Positions 34,798 to 48,274 of a stretch of DNA of 64,000 nucleotides are shown one piece after another. The stretch's first letter is position 1. Each line of letters begins with the position of its first letter. Origin of the DNA: a bacterium (GTDB lineage: Bacteria; J088; JAWLBW01); the NCBI GenBank assembly GCA_041690355.1, contig JAWLHK010000005.1:124001-188000 (forward strand), written 5' to 3'. The translations under genes were made by a program, and so were the position numbers. Below the pieces are notes generated by a model. That model made no database searches. It was not told the origin of the DNA and worked only from the letters and a program-made list of their open reading frames with translations.

Positions 34798-36198
34798 CTA
34801 CTCCGAATAGGCCTCCTGCATGGCCACGGCCTTCTTCGGTTCGGCCCCATGGCTCAGGGCGGCCGAGGCGCCGTGGGCGGCAACCAGGGCGAAGTCGGGA
34901 TAAGCCGACATGCCGTGTTCGCCGATGTCGAGCCCGATGGTTTCTTCTTCGGCCGAGACCCGCAGCCCCATCACGGCCTTGACCGCGAGGAAAATGGCCA
35001 TCGACGACCCGAACGCCGTGACCCCCGCGGCGACGACGCCGACGAGCTGGCTCCAGAACTGCGCGCCGCCCGCCTTGTCGCCGAGAATCCCCACGGCGAG
35101 AGTGCCCCAGATGCCGCAGACGAGGTGCACCGAGATGGCGCCGACGGGGTCGTCGATCTTGATCTTGTCGAAGAAGACGACCGCGAAGACGACCAGCGCG
35201 CCCGCAATGAGGCCGATGACGATGCTGTCGAGCGGGCTCATGACGTCGGCCCCGGCCGTGATGCCCACGAGGCCGGCGAGAATGCCGTTCAGGGTCATCG
35301 ACAGGTCGGGCTTCTTGCTCAGCATCGAGCTCGTTACCGCGGCGGCGAGAGCTCCGGCGGCGGCGGCCAGCGAAGTCGTCACCAGCACGAGCGAGGTCAG
35401 GGCCGGATCGGCGCTCAGCACCGAGCCGCCGTTGAAGCCGAACCAGCCGAGCCAGAGGAGAAAGACGCCGATGACGGCGAGCGGCATGCTGTGGCCGGGA
35501 ATCGGCTTCATCTTGCCGTCCTTCGTGTACTTGCCCAGGCGCGGCCCGAGCAGCAGTGCACCCGCGAGCGCACCCCAACCGCCGACGCTGTGCACCAGGG
35601 TCGAGCCGGCGAAGTCATAGAAGCCGTAGGCGTCGAGCCAGCCGCCGCCCCACTTCCACGAGCCGACGATGGGATAGACCAGCATGACGAAGGGGATGCT
35701 GAAGACGAGAAAGCTCGAAAGCTTCACGCGTTCGGCCACCGCGCCCGACACGATCGTCGCCGCGGTGGCGGCGAACATGGCCTGAAAGAGAAAATCGGTC
35801 CAGTAGGTGTATCCCGCGCTCGCGTAATCCGGCGTCAGGCCGTTCTCGGGCAGGCCGATGCCGAAGCCGGCGAAACCAAGCCAGCCGTTGAAATCGCCCG
35901 GGTACATCAGCGAGAAGCCGAGCAGCGCGTAGGTGACCAGCCCCAACGCGGGAATGATCGTGTTCTTGAAAAGAATATTGGTCGTGTTCTTGGCCCGCGT
36001 CAGGCCCGACTCTACCGAAGCGAACCCGAGGTGCATGATGAACACCAGGCCGGTGGCGAGCATCATCCAGATATTGTTGGCGGTGAACATGGCGTCGAGC
36101 GCCGTGGGACCCGCAGCTTCGGCCTCTTCGGCGAGGGCGAGCGCGGGCGCGGCGAGCGACAGCAGAGCGGTCACGGAAAGAAGTGTCTTCGTCTTCAT
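34798..36198 (-). CDS. amtB: Ammonium transporter (Amt family)
   Basis: FQAMFAATAATIVSGAVAER, DFAGSTLVH, WFGFNGGS, DDPVGAISVH; signal peptide. Confidence 0.95.
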   Translation of the reverse strand: MKTKTLLSVTALLSLAAPALALAEEAEAAGPTALDAMFTANNIWMMLATGLVFIMHLGFASVESGLTRAKNTTNILFKNTIIPALGLVTYALLGFSLMYPGDFNGWLGFAGFGIGLPENGLTPDYASAGYTYWTDFLFQAMFAATAATIVSGAVAERVKLSSFLVFSIPFVMLVYPIVGSWKWGGGWLDAYGFYDFAGSTLVHSVGGWGALAGALLLGPRLGKYTKDGKMKPIPGHSMPLAVIGVFLLWLGWFGFNGGSVLSADPALTSLVLVTTSLAAAAGALAAAVTSSMLSKKPDLSMTLNGILAGLVGITAGADVMSPLDSIVIGLIAGALVVFAVVFFDKIKIDDPVGAISVHLVCGIWGTLAVGILGDKAGGAQFWSQLVGVVAAGVTAFGSSMAIFLAVKAVMGLRVSAEEETIGLDIGEHGMSAYPDFALVAAHGASAALSHGAEPKKAVAMQEAYSE

Positions 36199-36413
36199 TA
36201 GTGTTCCCCTTGAAAATCGACGAACCATCACGGGTTGTCGGGAGAACACCTATCCGAAAAGCGTGCCAACGCGCGCGCCTTCGACAGGCTTTCGCAATTC
36301 GTACGGAAATGTCGGAAACGACCCCGGGCGGCGGGCCGCGCCGGCGGCGAAAGTGCCCGGGAATGCGGCAACCGCCGAGCGCGAAAAACCTACAATTTTG
36401 TCTCTGTCGTGCG

Positions 36414-36899
36414 TCAGTCGACGGCGACGTATTCGACCTTGACGATATCGTATTCCCGCTTGCCGGCAGGCGTGTTCACGATGACCGTGTCGCCGAGCGT
36501 GCGGCCGATGACCGCACGTGCGATGGGCGAGGTCGAACTGATGCGCCCCTTGCTCACGTCGGCTTCGTCTTCGCCGACGATCTGGTAGGTGCTCTGCTTG
36601 CCTTCATCGGCATCTTCGAGCGTGACCTTGGCGCCAAAGACAACCTTTTCGGAGCCGACGTAGGTCAGCGGATCGATGACCTCGGCGAGAGAGATCTTGG
36701 CCTCGTAGTCCTTGATGCGCCCTTCGAGCAGGCTCTGGGCGTGTTTGGCCGCATCATATTCCGCGTTCTCAGAAAGATCGCCGTGGGCGCGCGCTTCGGC
36801 AATCGCCTGAATCGCCTTGGGGCGTTCGACGGCCTTGAGCCGCTTCAATTCTTCCTGCATCCGGGCGTAGCCGCCGGGGGTCATGGGAACACGCTGCAT
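36414..36899 (-). CDS. greA: Transcription elongation factor GreA
   Basis: MTPGGY, ARAHGDLSENAEYDAAK, IS..SPIARA. Confidence 0.96.
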   Translation of the reverse strand: MQRVPMTPGGYARMQEELKRLKAVERPKAIQAIAEARAHGDLSENAEYDAAKHAQSLLEGRIKDYEAKISLAEVIDPLTYVGSEKVVFGAKVTLEDADEGKQSTYQIVGEDEADVSKGRISSTSPIARAVIGRTLGDTVIVNTPAGKREYDIVKVEYVAVD

Positions 36900-36941
36900 G
36901 ATATCCTCTCGAAACCGCGAGTCTCCACCTGCGGAGCACAT

Positions 36942-36985
36942 AAAAAAAGAAAGACCGGACGGCCCAGAGGGACGACCGATCCTTC
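36942..36985 (-). terminator. Intrinsic terminator inside the greA 5' leader
   Basis: GAAGGATCGG...CCGGTCTTTC stem followed by T7, between the promoter and the ATG. Confidence 0.65.
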
Positions 36986-36999
36986 CGAATTTGAGCATT

Positions 37000-37028
37000 A
37001 TCTTAGCCCGCACCGCCCGGGTTGGCAA
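37000..37028 (-). promoter_or_regulatory. Sigma70 promoter of greA
   Basis: TTGCCA-N17-TAAGAT. Confidence 0.65.
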
Positions 37029-37059
37029 GGCCAAAAGTCCGGAAGTTGAGGGGAACGGA

Positions 37060-37089
37060 AACGGCCCGGAGAAGACTCCCCGGGCCGTT
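37060..37089 (-). terminator. Hairpin/terminator after carB
   Basis: AACGGCCCGG-N10-CCGGGCCGTT perfect 10-bp stem with a weak U-tract. Confidence 0.6.
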
Positions 37090-37111
37090 CGGAATCCAAC
37101 CCGTGTGCGGC

Positions 37112-40396
<3,285 letters not shown>

Positions 40397-40423
40397 TTCC
40401 TACACCTTCGTTCGTCAATCCGT

Positions 40424-41104
40424 TCAGGCCGGCTGGCCGCTGGTCTTCAGCTTGCCTTTTCCGGCCGGTTGTTCGATCAGTTCCCTGTAAATCTTCTGGC
40501 GGTCTACATGGCGGTAGCGGCCGGTTTTGAGGCTCAACAGGCTCGCCCTGAGAATGAAAGGCTCCCACAGCGTGGCCCGCATGTCCTTGGCGAGCAGTTC
40601 GGCAGCCTTGCGGATGTTCGTGGCGACGTCGGGCGCATGATAAACATGTGTGTTCGTCAGGCACCACCGCACGCCCCCCTGACCGGCCGCGGGCACCAGG
40701 CGCTCTTCGACCACGGCCCCCTTATCGTAGCCGAGCGAGACCTCGACCGACGCAGCATATTCCCGGCCGCTCCACAGATCCCGAAGCTGCAGCCCCGATC
40801 CGTCGGCGCCGCGCACGAGAAAGAGGCTGTGCACCTGGTCGCGGAAGGGGAGAAATTTCTCCCGCTCGGCGGGCTTGCGCGCGGCATCGGCCATCCACGC
40901 CTCGTACGGTGTGAGCCCCTCTTCGAGCACGTAGTCGAACAGGTACCACTCCACGAAGTTCTGCAGACGCGCTTCGTACGCGGGCTCGTCCTGGAAGGGT
41001 TCGCCGGCGAGACGGAAATACAGCTCGCGGGCGGATTCGATCTCCGCCCCCGCAGGCCCGTCCGTCACCGCAGACACCAGGGTTTCGAGCAGCGAGAGCA
41101 TCAT
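40424..41104 (-). CDS. Hypothetical protein between carA and carB
   Basis: ATGA overlap with the carA stop; host-like codon usage; FVEWYLFD motif. Confidence 0.75.
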   Translation of the reverse strand: MMLSLLETLVSAVTDGPAGAEIESARELYFRLAGEPFQDEPAYEARLQNFVEWYLFDYVLEEGLTPYEAWMADAARKPAEREKFLPFRDQVHSLFLVRGADGSGLQLRDLWSGREYAASVEVSLGYDKGAVVEERLVPAAGQGGVRWCLTNTHVYHAPDVATNIRKAAELLAKDMRATLWEPFILRASLLSLKTGRYRHVDRQKIYRELIEQPAGKGKLKTSGQPA

Positions 41105-42222
41105 CCGCGTTCGTTCTCCATCATCTTCACGAAGCGTTCGAACAGGTAGCTCGCGTCGTGCGGCCCCGGACTCGCCTCGGGATGATACTGGACCGAAAAG
41201 AGTTTGCGGTCGGGCAGCGCGAGCCCCTCGACCGTGTTGTCGTTCAGGTTCACGTGCGTGGCCTTTACCCCCGCGGGGAGCGAATCGAGGTCGACGCAGA
41301 ACCCGTGGTTCTGGCTCGTAATCTCGACCTTGCGCGTCTCCAGATCCATGACCGGCTGGTTGCCGCCGTGATGCCCGAACTTGAGCTTGTAGGTCTTGCC
41401 GCCGAGCGCGAGGCCGAGCAGCTGATGCCCCAGGCAGATGCCGAACATCGGTTTCGTGCCCACGAGCTCGCGGATGTTCTCGACGGCGTATTCAACCGGT
41501 TCCGGATCGCCGGGGCCGTTGGAGAGAAAGATGCCGTCGGGCTTCAGGGCCAGGACCTCCTTCGCCGGGGTCGAGGCCGGAACCACCGTCACGCGGCAGC
41601 CGGCGCCGACCAGCCCGCGCAGGATGTTGCGCTTGATGCCGAAGTCGTAGGCGACGACGTGAAACTTCGTGGGGGCGCCCTTGGTGTAGCCGCCTTCGAT
41701 GCTCCAAGGTCCCTCGGTCCACTCGTATGGCTTGTCGGTCGACACGTCGCGCACGAGATCGCGTCCGACGAGACCGGGGTGGGAAGCGGCCTTCTTCGCC
41801 AGTTCTTCGTTTCTCGCTTCGCCGGTGGCCACGATGCCGATCTGGGCCCCCTTGTCGCGCAGGAGCTTGGTCAGCTTGCGGGTGTCGATTTCGCTGATGC
41901 CGACGATATTGTGGGCCTTGAGGTAGGCGTCGAGGGTCTGCTGCGAGCGCCAGCTGCTGGGCACCTCGCTGTATTCGCGCACGATGAACCCTTCGACGAA
42001 CGGCTTGCGGCTTTCGACGTCTTCGTCGTTGATGCCGTAGTTGCCCATCTGGGTATACGTCATCGCGACGATCTGCCCTTTGTACGAGGGGTCGGTCAGA
42101 ATTTCCTGATAGCCGAAGAGGCTCGTGTTGAAGACGATCTCCCCGATGCCCTCGCCTTCGGCGCCGAAGCTTTCTCCTTCGAAGACCGTACCATCGGCCA
42201 GAACCAGACGTGCTCTTTTCAT
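41101..42222 (-). CDS. carA: Carbamoyl-phosphate synthase small subunit
   Basis: [43 protein letters not shown]. Confidence 0.99.
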   Translation of the reverse strand: MKRARLVLADGTVFEGESFGAEGEGIGEIVFNTSLFGYQEILTDPSYKGQIVAMTYTQMGNYGINDEDVESRKPFVEGFIVREYSEVPSSWRSQQTLDAYLKAHNIVGISEIDTRKLTKLLRDKGAQIGIVATGEARNEELAKKAASHPGLVGRDLVRDVSTDKPYEWTEGPWSIEGGYTKGAPTKFHVVAYDFGIKRNILRGLVGAGCRVTVVPASTPAKEVLALKPDGIFLSNGPGDPEPVEYAVENIRELVGTKPMFGICLGHQLLGLALGGKTYKLKFGHHGGNQPVMDLETRKVEITSQNHGFCVDLDSLPAGVKATHVNLNDNTVEGLALPDRKLFSVQYHPEASPGPHDASYLFERFVKMMENERG

Positions 42223-43505
42223 CGCTCGTACACCACTTTTCCTTCTAAAATCGTTCCCCGCACGCGGCCGGTCATGGCGCGGCCGTGGAAGGGGGTATTT
42301 CTGCTCTTCGACTGCAGCTGCTCGCGATCGAAGACCCATTTCTCATCGGGGCGGATGACCGTAACGTCGCCCGCCGCGCCCGGCTCGAGCCGCCCCAGAT
42401 CGCGGCGGCCGATGATGTCGGCGGCACGCGACGTCACCGACTCCACCGCGCGCAGGAGCGGAACCTGGCCGTTCGCGACCAGCTCGAGCAGCAGCGGCAA
42501 CGCGGACTCGAGGCCGACGACGCCGTTGGGCGCTTCTTCGAACGGCAGCTCTTTTTCGCTCGTCGCGTGGGGCGCGTGATCGGTGGCGACCACGTCGATG
42601 GTGCCGTCAGCCAGCGCGGCGATGACCGCCTGCCGATCTTCTTCGGAGCGCAGCGGCGGCGCCATCTTGAAATCGGTATCGTACCGGAGAATCTCCTTGT
42701 CTGTCAGAGCGAAGTGGTGGGGCGTCACTTCAGCCGTGACCCGCAGCCCTTCGCGCCTGGCCGCTCGCACGGCTTCGACGGCGCCGCGCGTCGACAGGTG
42801 CGCCACGTGCAGGTGCACGCCGGTGATGCGCGCGAGCACGATGTCGCGGGCGACGTGCACGTCTTCGGCGGCGTTCGGGATGCCGCGCAGGCCCGCGCGC
42901 ACCGAGTGTGCCCCCTCGTTGCAGGCGCCGCCGGAGGACAGGTCCAGATCTTCCGCATGAATGGCCACGGGAACGTCGAGGGCCGCGCAGTACTCGAAGA
43001 CCTTGCGCTGCACGGCCGCGCTCATGACGGGGCGCCCGTCGTCGCTGACCATCGCCGCCCCCGCGTGGACCATGCCGCGGATCTCGGCCAGCTCTTCACC
43101 CTTGAGCCCCATGGTAGCGGCGGCCACGGGGAGCACACGGCAGAGACCGGCTTCGCGGGCGCGGTCGATCATGAACTTCGTGATCTCGACGGTGTCGTTG
43201 ACCGGCTTCGTATTGGCCATGGCGAGCACGGTCGTGAACCCGCCGGCCGCCGCCGAGGCGCTGCCGGTGGCGATGGTCTCCTTGTACTCCTGGCCGGGTT
43301 CGCGGAAGTGGACGTGCAGATCGATCCACCCGGGCGTGACCCAGCAGCCGGCCGCGTCGAAGACCTTCTCGCCGTCCTGCGGGGGCAGATCGGACGCGAC
43401 CTCGGCCACCTTGCCTTCGCGGATGCGCACATCGAAGCGGCCGTCGCGTCCCGAAGCGGGATCGATGACGCGGCCGCCGCGAATCAACAGATTGCGTTCA
43501 CTCAT
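42219..43505 (-). CDS. pyrC: Dihydroorotase
   Basis: [25 protein letters not shown]. Confidence 0.96.
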   Translation of the reverse strand: MSERNLLIRGGRVIDPASGRDGRFDVRIREGKVAEVASDLPPQDGEKVFDAAGCWVTPGWIDLHVHFREPGQEYKETIATGSASAAAGGFTTVLAMANTKPVNDTVEITKFMIDRAREAGLCRVLPVAAATMGLKGEELAEIRGMVHAGAAMVSDDGRPVMSAAVQRKVFEYCAALDVPVAIHAEDLDLSSGGACNEGAHSVRAGLRGIPNAAEDVHVARDIVLARITGVHLHVAHLSTRGAVEAVRAARREGLRVTAEVTPHHFALTDKEILRYDTDFKMAPPLRSEEDRQAVIAALADGTIDVVATDHAPHATSEKELPFEEAPNGVVGLESALPLLLELVANGQVPLLRAVESVTSRAADIIGRRDLGRLEPGAAGDVTVIRPDEKWVFDREQLQSKSRNTPFHGRAMTGRVRGTILEGKVVYER

Positions 43506-44437
43506 TCCAGACTTCCTCCGCCGAGCAGCAGGTGAAGCACGGCCATGCGCACGGCCACACCGGCGGTCACTTGATCGAGAATCAGGCTCCACGGTCCGTC
43601 GGCCGCATCGGGGCTCATTTCGACGCCGCGGTTGATCGGACCCGGGTGCATGACGATGACGTCTTCGCGCGCGCTGCGGCGCAGGCGGGCGGCCGTGAGT
43701 CCGTATTCGTTACTGTACTCCCGCAGCGGCGGCAGGTTGGCCCCCTTGATCCGCTCCTGCTGGATGCGCAGCATCATGATGACGTCGACCTCGGCAATGG
43801 CCTCGTCCAGATCCGGATAGTAGCTCGCGCCGAACGCGTCGAGATCCGGCGGCATGAGTGTCGCGGGGCCGCTCAGGCGCACTTCGGCGGCGTAGTGGCG
43901 CAGTGCCCACATGTTCGAGCGCGCGACCCGGCTGTGGCGGATGTCGCCGACGATGGCGATCTTCAGTCCGTCGAGGCTGCCGCGCTTCTCGCGAATCGTG
44001 TACAGGTCGAGCAGGGCCTGGGTCGGGTGCTCGTTGACGCCGTCGCCCGCGTTGACGACCGGGATCTTCAGGGCTTCGGCGAGCACGTGCGGCGCACCGC
44101 TGTGGCCGTCGCGCACCACGAGGCAGTCGACCGCCATCGCCTCCAGATTCCGCGCCGTGTCGAGAAGGGTTTCGCCCTTGGCCACGCTGCTGCCGCCGGC
44201 CGTGATGTTGACGGCGTCGGCGCTCAGGCGCTTGGCGGCGATCTCGAAGCTCGTTCGCGTGCGGGTGGAATTTTCGAGGAAGAGATTGATGATCGTCAGC
44301 CCGCGCAGCGAGGGGACCTTCTTGATGCGGCGTTCGTTGACGGCCGCCATGGCGCGGGCGTTGTCGAGCAGCAGATCGATCTGCTGCCGGGTCAGATCCC
44401 GCATGCCGAGCAGATGGCGCAACCCCAGGGCGTTCAC
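43502..44437 (-). CDS. pyrB: Aspartate carbamoyltransferase catalytic subunit
   Basis: [36 protein letters not shown]. Confidence 0.98.
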   Translation of the reverse strand: MNALGLRHLLGMRDLTRQQIDLLLDNARAMAAVNERRIKKVPSLRGLTIINLFLENSTRTRTSFEIAAKRLSADAVNITAGGSSVAKGETLLDTARNLEAMAVDCLVVRDGHSGAPHVLAEALKIPVVNAGDGVNEHPTQALLDLYTIREKRGSLDGLKIAIVGDIRHSRVARSNMWALRHYAAEVRLSGPATLMPPDLDAFGASYYPDLDEAIAEVDVIMMLRIQQERIKGANLPPLREYSNEYGLTAARLRRSAREDVIVMHPGPINRGVEMSPDAADGPWSLILDQVTAGVAVRMAVLHLLLGGGSLE

Positions 44438-44982
44438 GGCAGATCCTCGAGAATGACCTGATCGACGCCGTCTTCTTCAACAAACTGCACCGTCACCGAT
44501 TGCTTCGGCCCGGCCGCTACCGTGCGGCCGACGAAATCGGGGGCGATGGGGAGTTCGCGCCCGCCGCGGTCCATGAGCACGGCCAGGCGCACGGCGCGGG
44601 GCCGTCCCAGATCCATGAGCGCATCGAGGGCTGCGCGGATGGTGCGCCCCGTGTAGAGCACGTCGTCGACCAGCACGATTTCGGCCCCGTCGACGTCGAA
44701 GAGGATGTCGGTCGACTTGATTTCGGGAAAGTGGGTAGCCTGAGCGAGGTCATCCCGGTAGAGCGTGATATCGACGCTGCCCAGTTTCGGCGCAGAGCGC
44801 CCCGCGCGCACGATGGCTTCGCACAGCCGCCCGGCGAGCACGACGCCCCCCTTCTGGATGCCGACCAGCGCAAGCCGATCGGGCTGCGTGCGCGCGACGA
44901 TCTCCTCGGCGATCCGGGTCACGGCCGCCTGGATTTCATCGGCGTTCAGCAGTATTTCGCGCTGCGTTCCGGCTCGTTTCAC
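44434..44982 (-). CDS. pyrR: PyrR family regulator/uracil phosphoribosyltransferase
   Basis: [35 protein letters not shown] start approximate. Confidence 0.92.
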   Translation of the reverse strand: MKRAGTQREILLNADEIQAAVTRIAEEIVARTQPDRLALVGIQKGGVVLAGRLCEAIVRAGRSAPKLGSVDITLYRDDLAQATHFPEIKSTDILFDVDGAEIVLVDDVLYTGRTIRAALDALMDLGRPRAVRLAVLMDRGGRELPIAPDFVGRTVAAGPKQSVTVQFVEEDGVDQVILEDLP

Positions 44983-45016
44983 CGCTTCAAATCCCCATCC
45001 GGGCCCCGAAAGGCCT

Positions 45017-45054
45017 AAAAAAAACCCCCTCGCACCTGGCAACGAAGGGGGTCT
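45017..45054 (-). terminator. Rho-independent terminator upstream of pyrR
   Basis: ACCCCCTTCG...CGAGGGGGT followed by a long T-tract. Confidence 0.75.
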
Positions 45055-45080
45055 TGCGCTCCATGAAACACGGCCGCATA

Positions 45081-45482
45081 TCACTTCCGGTAAACGGGCT
45101 CGACGGCTTCTTCATGGAACTTGAGCACCTTGATGTACGCCGGTATCACCGGGTTCTTGGGAACGAAAGCGACTTCGTACTCCCAGTCGATATAGACCCT
45201 GACTTCTTCGTGCGTGCGCTCGATGACGAAATCCTCGACCCCGATGGGGAGGTCCATTTCGTATACCTTGCGAGCCAGATAGATATCGACCCCCTTGGCC
45301 GGATCGGGGTCGGCGGCGAGCTTCGCCGCCATCTCGACCGTGCTCTGCAGCTGGAAGTCGCGGATGTACGGAGGCGCCAGCCGGATGACGACATAGGCGC
45401 CAATGGCCACGGCCAGGACCAGGAAGATGGTCGTGTACTTGGTCTCACCGCGCTGGTTGTCGAGCAGTCGTCCCAGGGTCAT
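45081..45482 (-). CDS. Small membrane protein with a pilin-like N-terminus (DUF4845-like)
   Basis: NQRG followed by a hydrophobic helix ending in PPY. Confidence 0.65.
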   Translation of the reverse strand: MTLGRLLDNQRGETKYTTIFLVLAVAIGAYVVIRLAPPYIRDFQLQSTVEMAAKLAADPDPAKGVDIYLARKVYEMDLPIGVEDFVIERTHEEVRVYIDWEYEVAFVPKNPVIPAYIKVLKFHEEAVEPVYRK

Positions 45483-45594
45483 GGCACTTCCCGGATAAAT
45501 TCCAGAGATTCTACCACAAAACGACGCAGCGAGTCGAATCCTGATCCGGCGCCCGCCCTGAACCCGGGATGCAGGGTCCATAGCCAGAGGGCGC

Positions 45595-48168
45595 TCACCG
45601 GCGGGCCCGCACCGGGCGCCCCTCCAGCGCGGCCCGCACGAGCCGGATCGCGTCGTATCCGATTTCATCGGGCAGGTGCCGGCGCAGCTCCGACAGGGTC
45701 GCTTCGGGACGGTCAGCCAGACACCGCTCGATCACCCGCTGGTGGTCGAGGGGAACCAGGGCGTCGACGTCGACCGGATGCCCCCGGCGCAGAAGGGTTT
45801 CCATGTGCGTAACAATGGTCGACACCTTGAGACCGCGCCGCCGCGCCACTTCCTCGACGGGCAGCCCCGAAACCAGCAGCGCCCAGGTGGCCTGCGGGCT
45901 GTCTCCGCGGGGGGCGCGGTCGGTGGCCGAGAGGGCTTTCAGCACGACAGCGTTGTCGACGCCGTCGCCACTCGACGCGGCAGGCGTCGGGGTACCGATC
46001 GGAACGTCCGCTTCCGGTGGAACCGAATCGACCGGCAGGGCCGCGCCGACCCCGGGCTCGTGGCAGGCGAGCGCGCGGCGCCCGGCTTCGGCCAGCCGGA
46101 GTACGCGGTATTCCGTGTACGGCGCGCGCTTCAGAAGCCCCCGGTCGACGGCGTCGCGCACGGCGGCGCGCACCTCGTCGCGCCCGAGGTGACGCAGGGC
46201 CCCGAAGCCCCGCCGCCGGCGGAAGTGGAACCGGCGCGCGCGGGCGTCTTCGGCCCCGCGCAGAAAATCGGCGACCGATGTTTCGCCGAAGCGCTCGCCC
46301 AGCGCCTGCACGGCAAGCAGCACGGCGGTATCGAGCGGCAGAGTCGTCGCCGGTTCGGCCGCGGGAGCCGTGCCCACCATGGAGAGGGACGTGCGTTGCG
46401 GCGCCCCCCCTTTCCACCCCAGGCAGTTGTCGCAGCCGGCGCAGCGGTCGAACTGGACGTCCTCGCCGAAGTAGCGCAGGACGGCGACCCGCCGGCACTC
46501 CTGCGTCGGACCGTAGGCGAGCATGGCGTCGAGCCGGGAGAGCTCTACGCGCAGCCCCGCCTCCATGGCCGCCCAGTCGAGGGGAAGCCGGCCCGAATCG
46601 AGGTCGCGCCGGACAACCTCCAGAGGGCGCGGACCTTCTTCGCGGAGGAGAATACCCGTGGCGGTCAGTTTCTCGACGGCCATCGTGAGCAGCGGGCGGG
46701 CCGCGCCGGTTTCGTCGGAGAGGCGCCGCCAGTCGAGCGCGATCCCCTCGTTCAACTGTTCCCCATGCGCGCGGGCGAGGGCGTCGAGGACCCGCTTTTC
46801 GAGCCGCGTGAGCCGCAGCAGTTTCCAATGCGAGGCGTCGACGGCGCGCAACCGTTCTCCGCGCCGCCTCCCAGACCCATCTTCGCCGCCGTCGACGATG
46901 TGCGCCTCCTTGAGAATCCGCACGGCCTTGGCGACCACCGGATCGCCGTAGCGGCTCGGCAGCTTCTGCACCAGTTCGTCGGCGGTCGCGCAAGGCTCTT
47001 CGCGCAGTGTGCGGTAGACCGCCTCGATGACTTCGCGCGGGGGGAAACGGGACATGAGAAAGCGTTCGTGGATCCGCCGGTCGCTGTCGCCGTAGAGGAG
47101 CACCGCGTGGGACTCCTTGCCGTCGCGGCCGGCGCGCCCGGCCTCCTGGTAGTAGGCTTCGAGCGATCCGGGGGCCTGGTAGTGGATGACGAAACGTACC
47201 GAAGGTTTATCAATTCCCATTCCAAAGGCGTTCGTCGCGACGATCAGGCGCACCGAGTCGTCGAGCCAGCGGTCCTGCGCGCGCGAGCGGTCGCCGTCGC
47301 TCATTCCCGCGTGGTAGGCGGCCGTGGGGATGCGATGGCGCAGGAGGTACTCCGCAATCTCTTCGGTCGCGCGCCGGGTCGGCGTGTAGACGATCCCGGT
47401 TCCCTCGAGCCGCCGGGCGAGCGTGAGCAGATGCTCCTGCCGTTCGGCCGCCCGCCGGCATCCGCGCGCCATGTAGCAGAGATTGGTGCGATCGAAGCCG
47501 GCGACGAGCACGTGATCGGGGGGAATGCCGAGCTGCCGCTGGATGTCGGTGCGCACTTCAGGCGTGGCCGTCGCCGTCAACGCGATCACCTGCGGCTGAT
47601 CGAGCGCGCGCAGGGCCAGGTGAAGCCGTTGGTAGCTCGGGCGGAAGTCGCTGCCCCACTGGCTGATGCAGTGCGCCTCGTCGACGGCGAACAGGCCCAC
47701 CTTGTTCCGCCGCATGAGTTCCACGAAGCGCACGTCGCCGAAGCGTTCCGGGGCGATGTAGAGGAATTTGAGGGTGCCCGCCGCGAGCCCGTCGGTGACG
47801 GCGCGCTGTTCGGCGCTCGTGAGGTTGCTGTGATAGGCCGCGGCGGGCAGGCCGCGGCGCACGAGGGCGTCGACCTGGTCTTTCATGAGCGCGATGAGCG
47901 GGCTAATGACTACGCATACCCCCTCCCGCACGAGCGCGGGCACCTGGTAGCAGATCGATTTACCGCCGCCGGTGGGCATGACGGCCAGCAGCGGCCTGCC
48001 GCCGACGATGTGCCGGATGATCCGCCGCTGCGCCGGGCGGAAATCCGCATAGCCGAAGTGGGTTTCGAGCGCCTGCCGTGCCGCCTCGTACGCCTCGCCC
48101 AATGATTCGGGCGACGCTCCGGGAAGAGGCCCGGCCACCGGAGTTTCCACGGGCTTCAGGGGTTCCAT
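45595..48168 (-). CDS. recQ: RecQ family ATP-dependent DNA helicase
   Basis: MPTGGGKS, DEAHCISQWG.DFRP, ATNAFGMGIDK, QEAGRAGRDG, CRR..L.YFGE..C..CDNC zinc site, RQC and C-terminal HTH. Confidence 0.93.
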   Translation of the reverse strand: MEPLKPVETPVAGPLPGASPESLGEAYEAARQALETHFGYADFRPAQRRIIRHIVGGRPLLAVMPTGGGKSICYQVPALVREGVCVVISPLIALMKDQVDALVRRGLPAAAYHSNLTSAEQRAVTDGLAAGTLKFLYIAPERFGDVRFVELMRRNKVGLFAVDEAHCISQWGSDFRPSYQRLHLALRALDQPQVIALTATATPEVRTDIQRQLGIPPDHVLVAGFDRTNLCYMARGCRRAAERQEHLLTLARRLEGTGIVYTPTRRATEEIAEYLLRHRIPTAAYHAGMSDGDRSRAQDRWLDDSVRLIVATNAFGMGIDKPSVRFVIHYQAPGSLEAYYQEAGRAGRDGKESHAVLLYGDSDRRIHERFLMSRFPPREVIEAVYRTLREEPCATADELVQKLPSRYGDPVVAKAVRILKEAHIVDGGEDGSGRRRGERLRAVDASHWKLLRLTRLEKRVLDALARAHGEQLNEGIALDWRRLSDETGAARPLLTMAVEKLTATGILLREEGPRPLEVVRRDLDSGRLPLDWAAMEAGLRVELSRLDAMLAYGPTQECRRVAVLRYFGEDVQFDRCAGCDNCLGWKGGAPQRTSLSMVGTAPAAEPATTLPLDTAVLLAVQALGERFGETSVADFLRGAEDARARRFHFRRRRGFGALRHLGRDEVRAAVRDAVDRGLLKRAPYTEYRVLRLAEAGRRALACHEPGVGAALPVDSVPPEADVPIGTPTPAASSGDGVDNAVVLKALSATDRAPRGDSPQATWALLVSGLPVEEVARRRGLKVSTIVTHMETLLRRGHPVDVDALVPLDHQRVIERCLADRPEATLSELRRHLPDEIGYDAIRLVRAALEGRPVRARR

Positions 48169-48274
48169 GGGGCGCGATTCTAGGACACCCGGGCGCGAAA
48201 AGTAAAGAAAAAAGCAACATGCTCGGCGGACGGCAAGGTTCCCCCCTATAATGGAGGGAAAATCGGGAGGTACT

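Noticed and set aside
44983-45080. Canonical PyrR attenuator
   Set aside because: A terminator is present, but there is no PyrR binding-loop consensus and no clear promoter; it may simply terminate the upstream gene.
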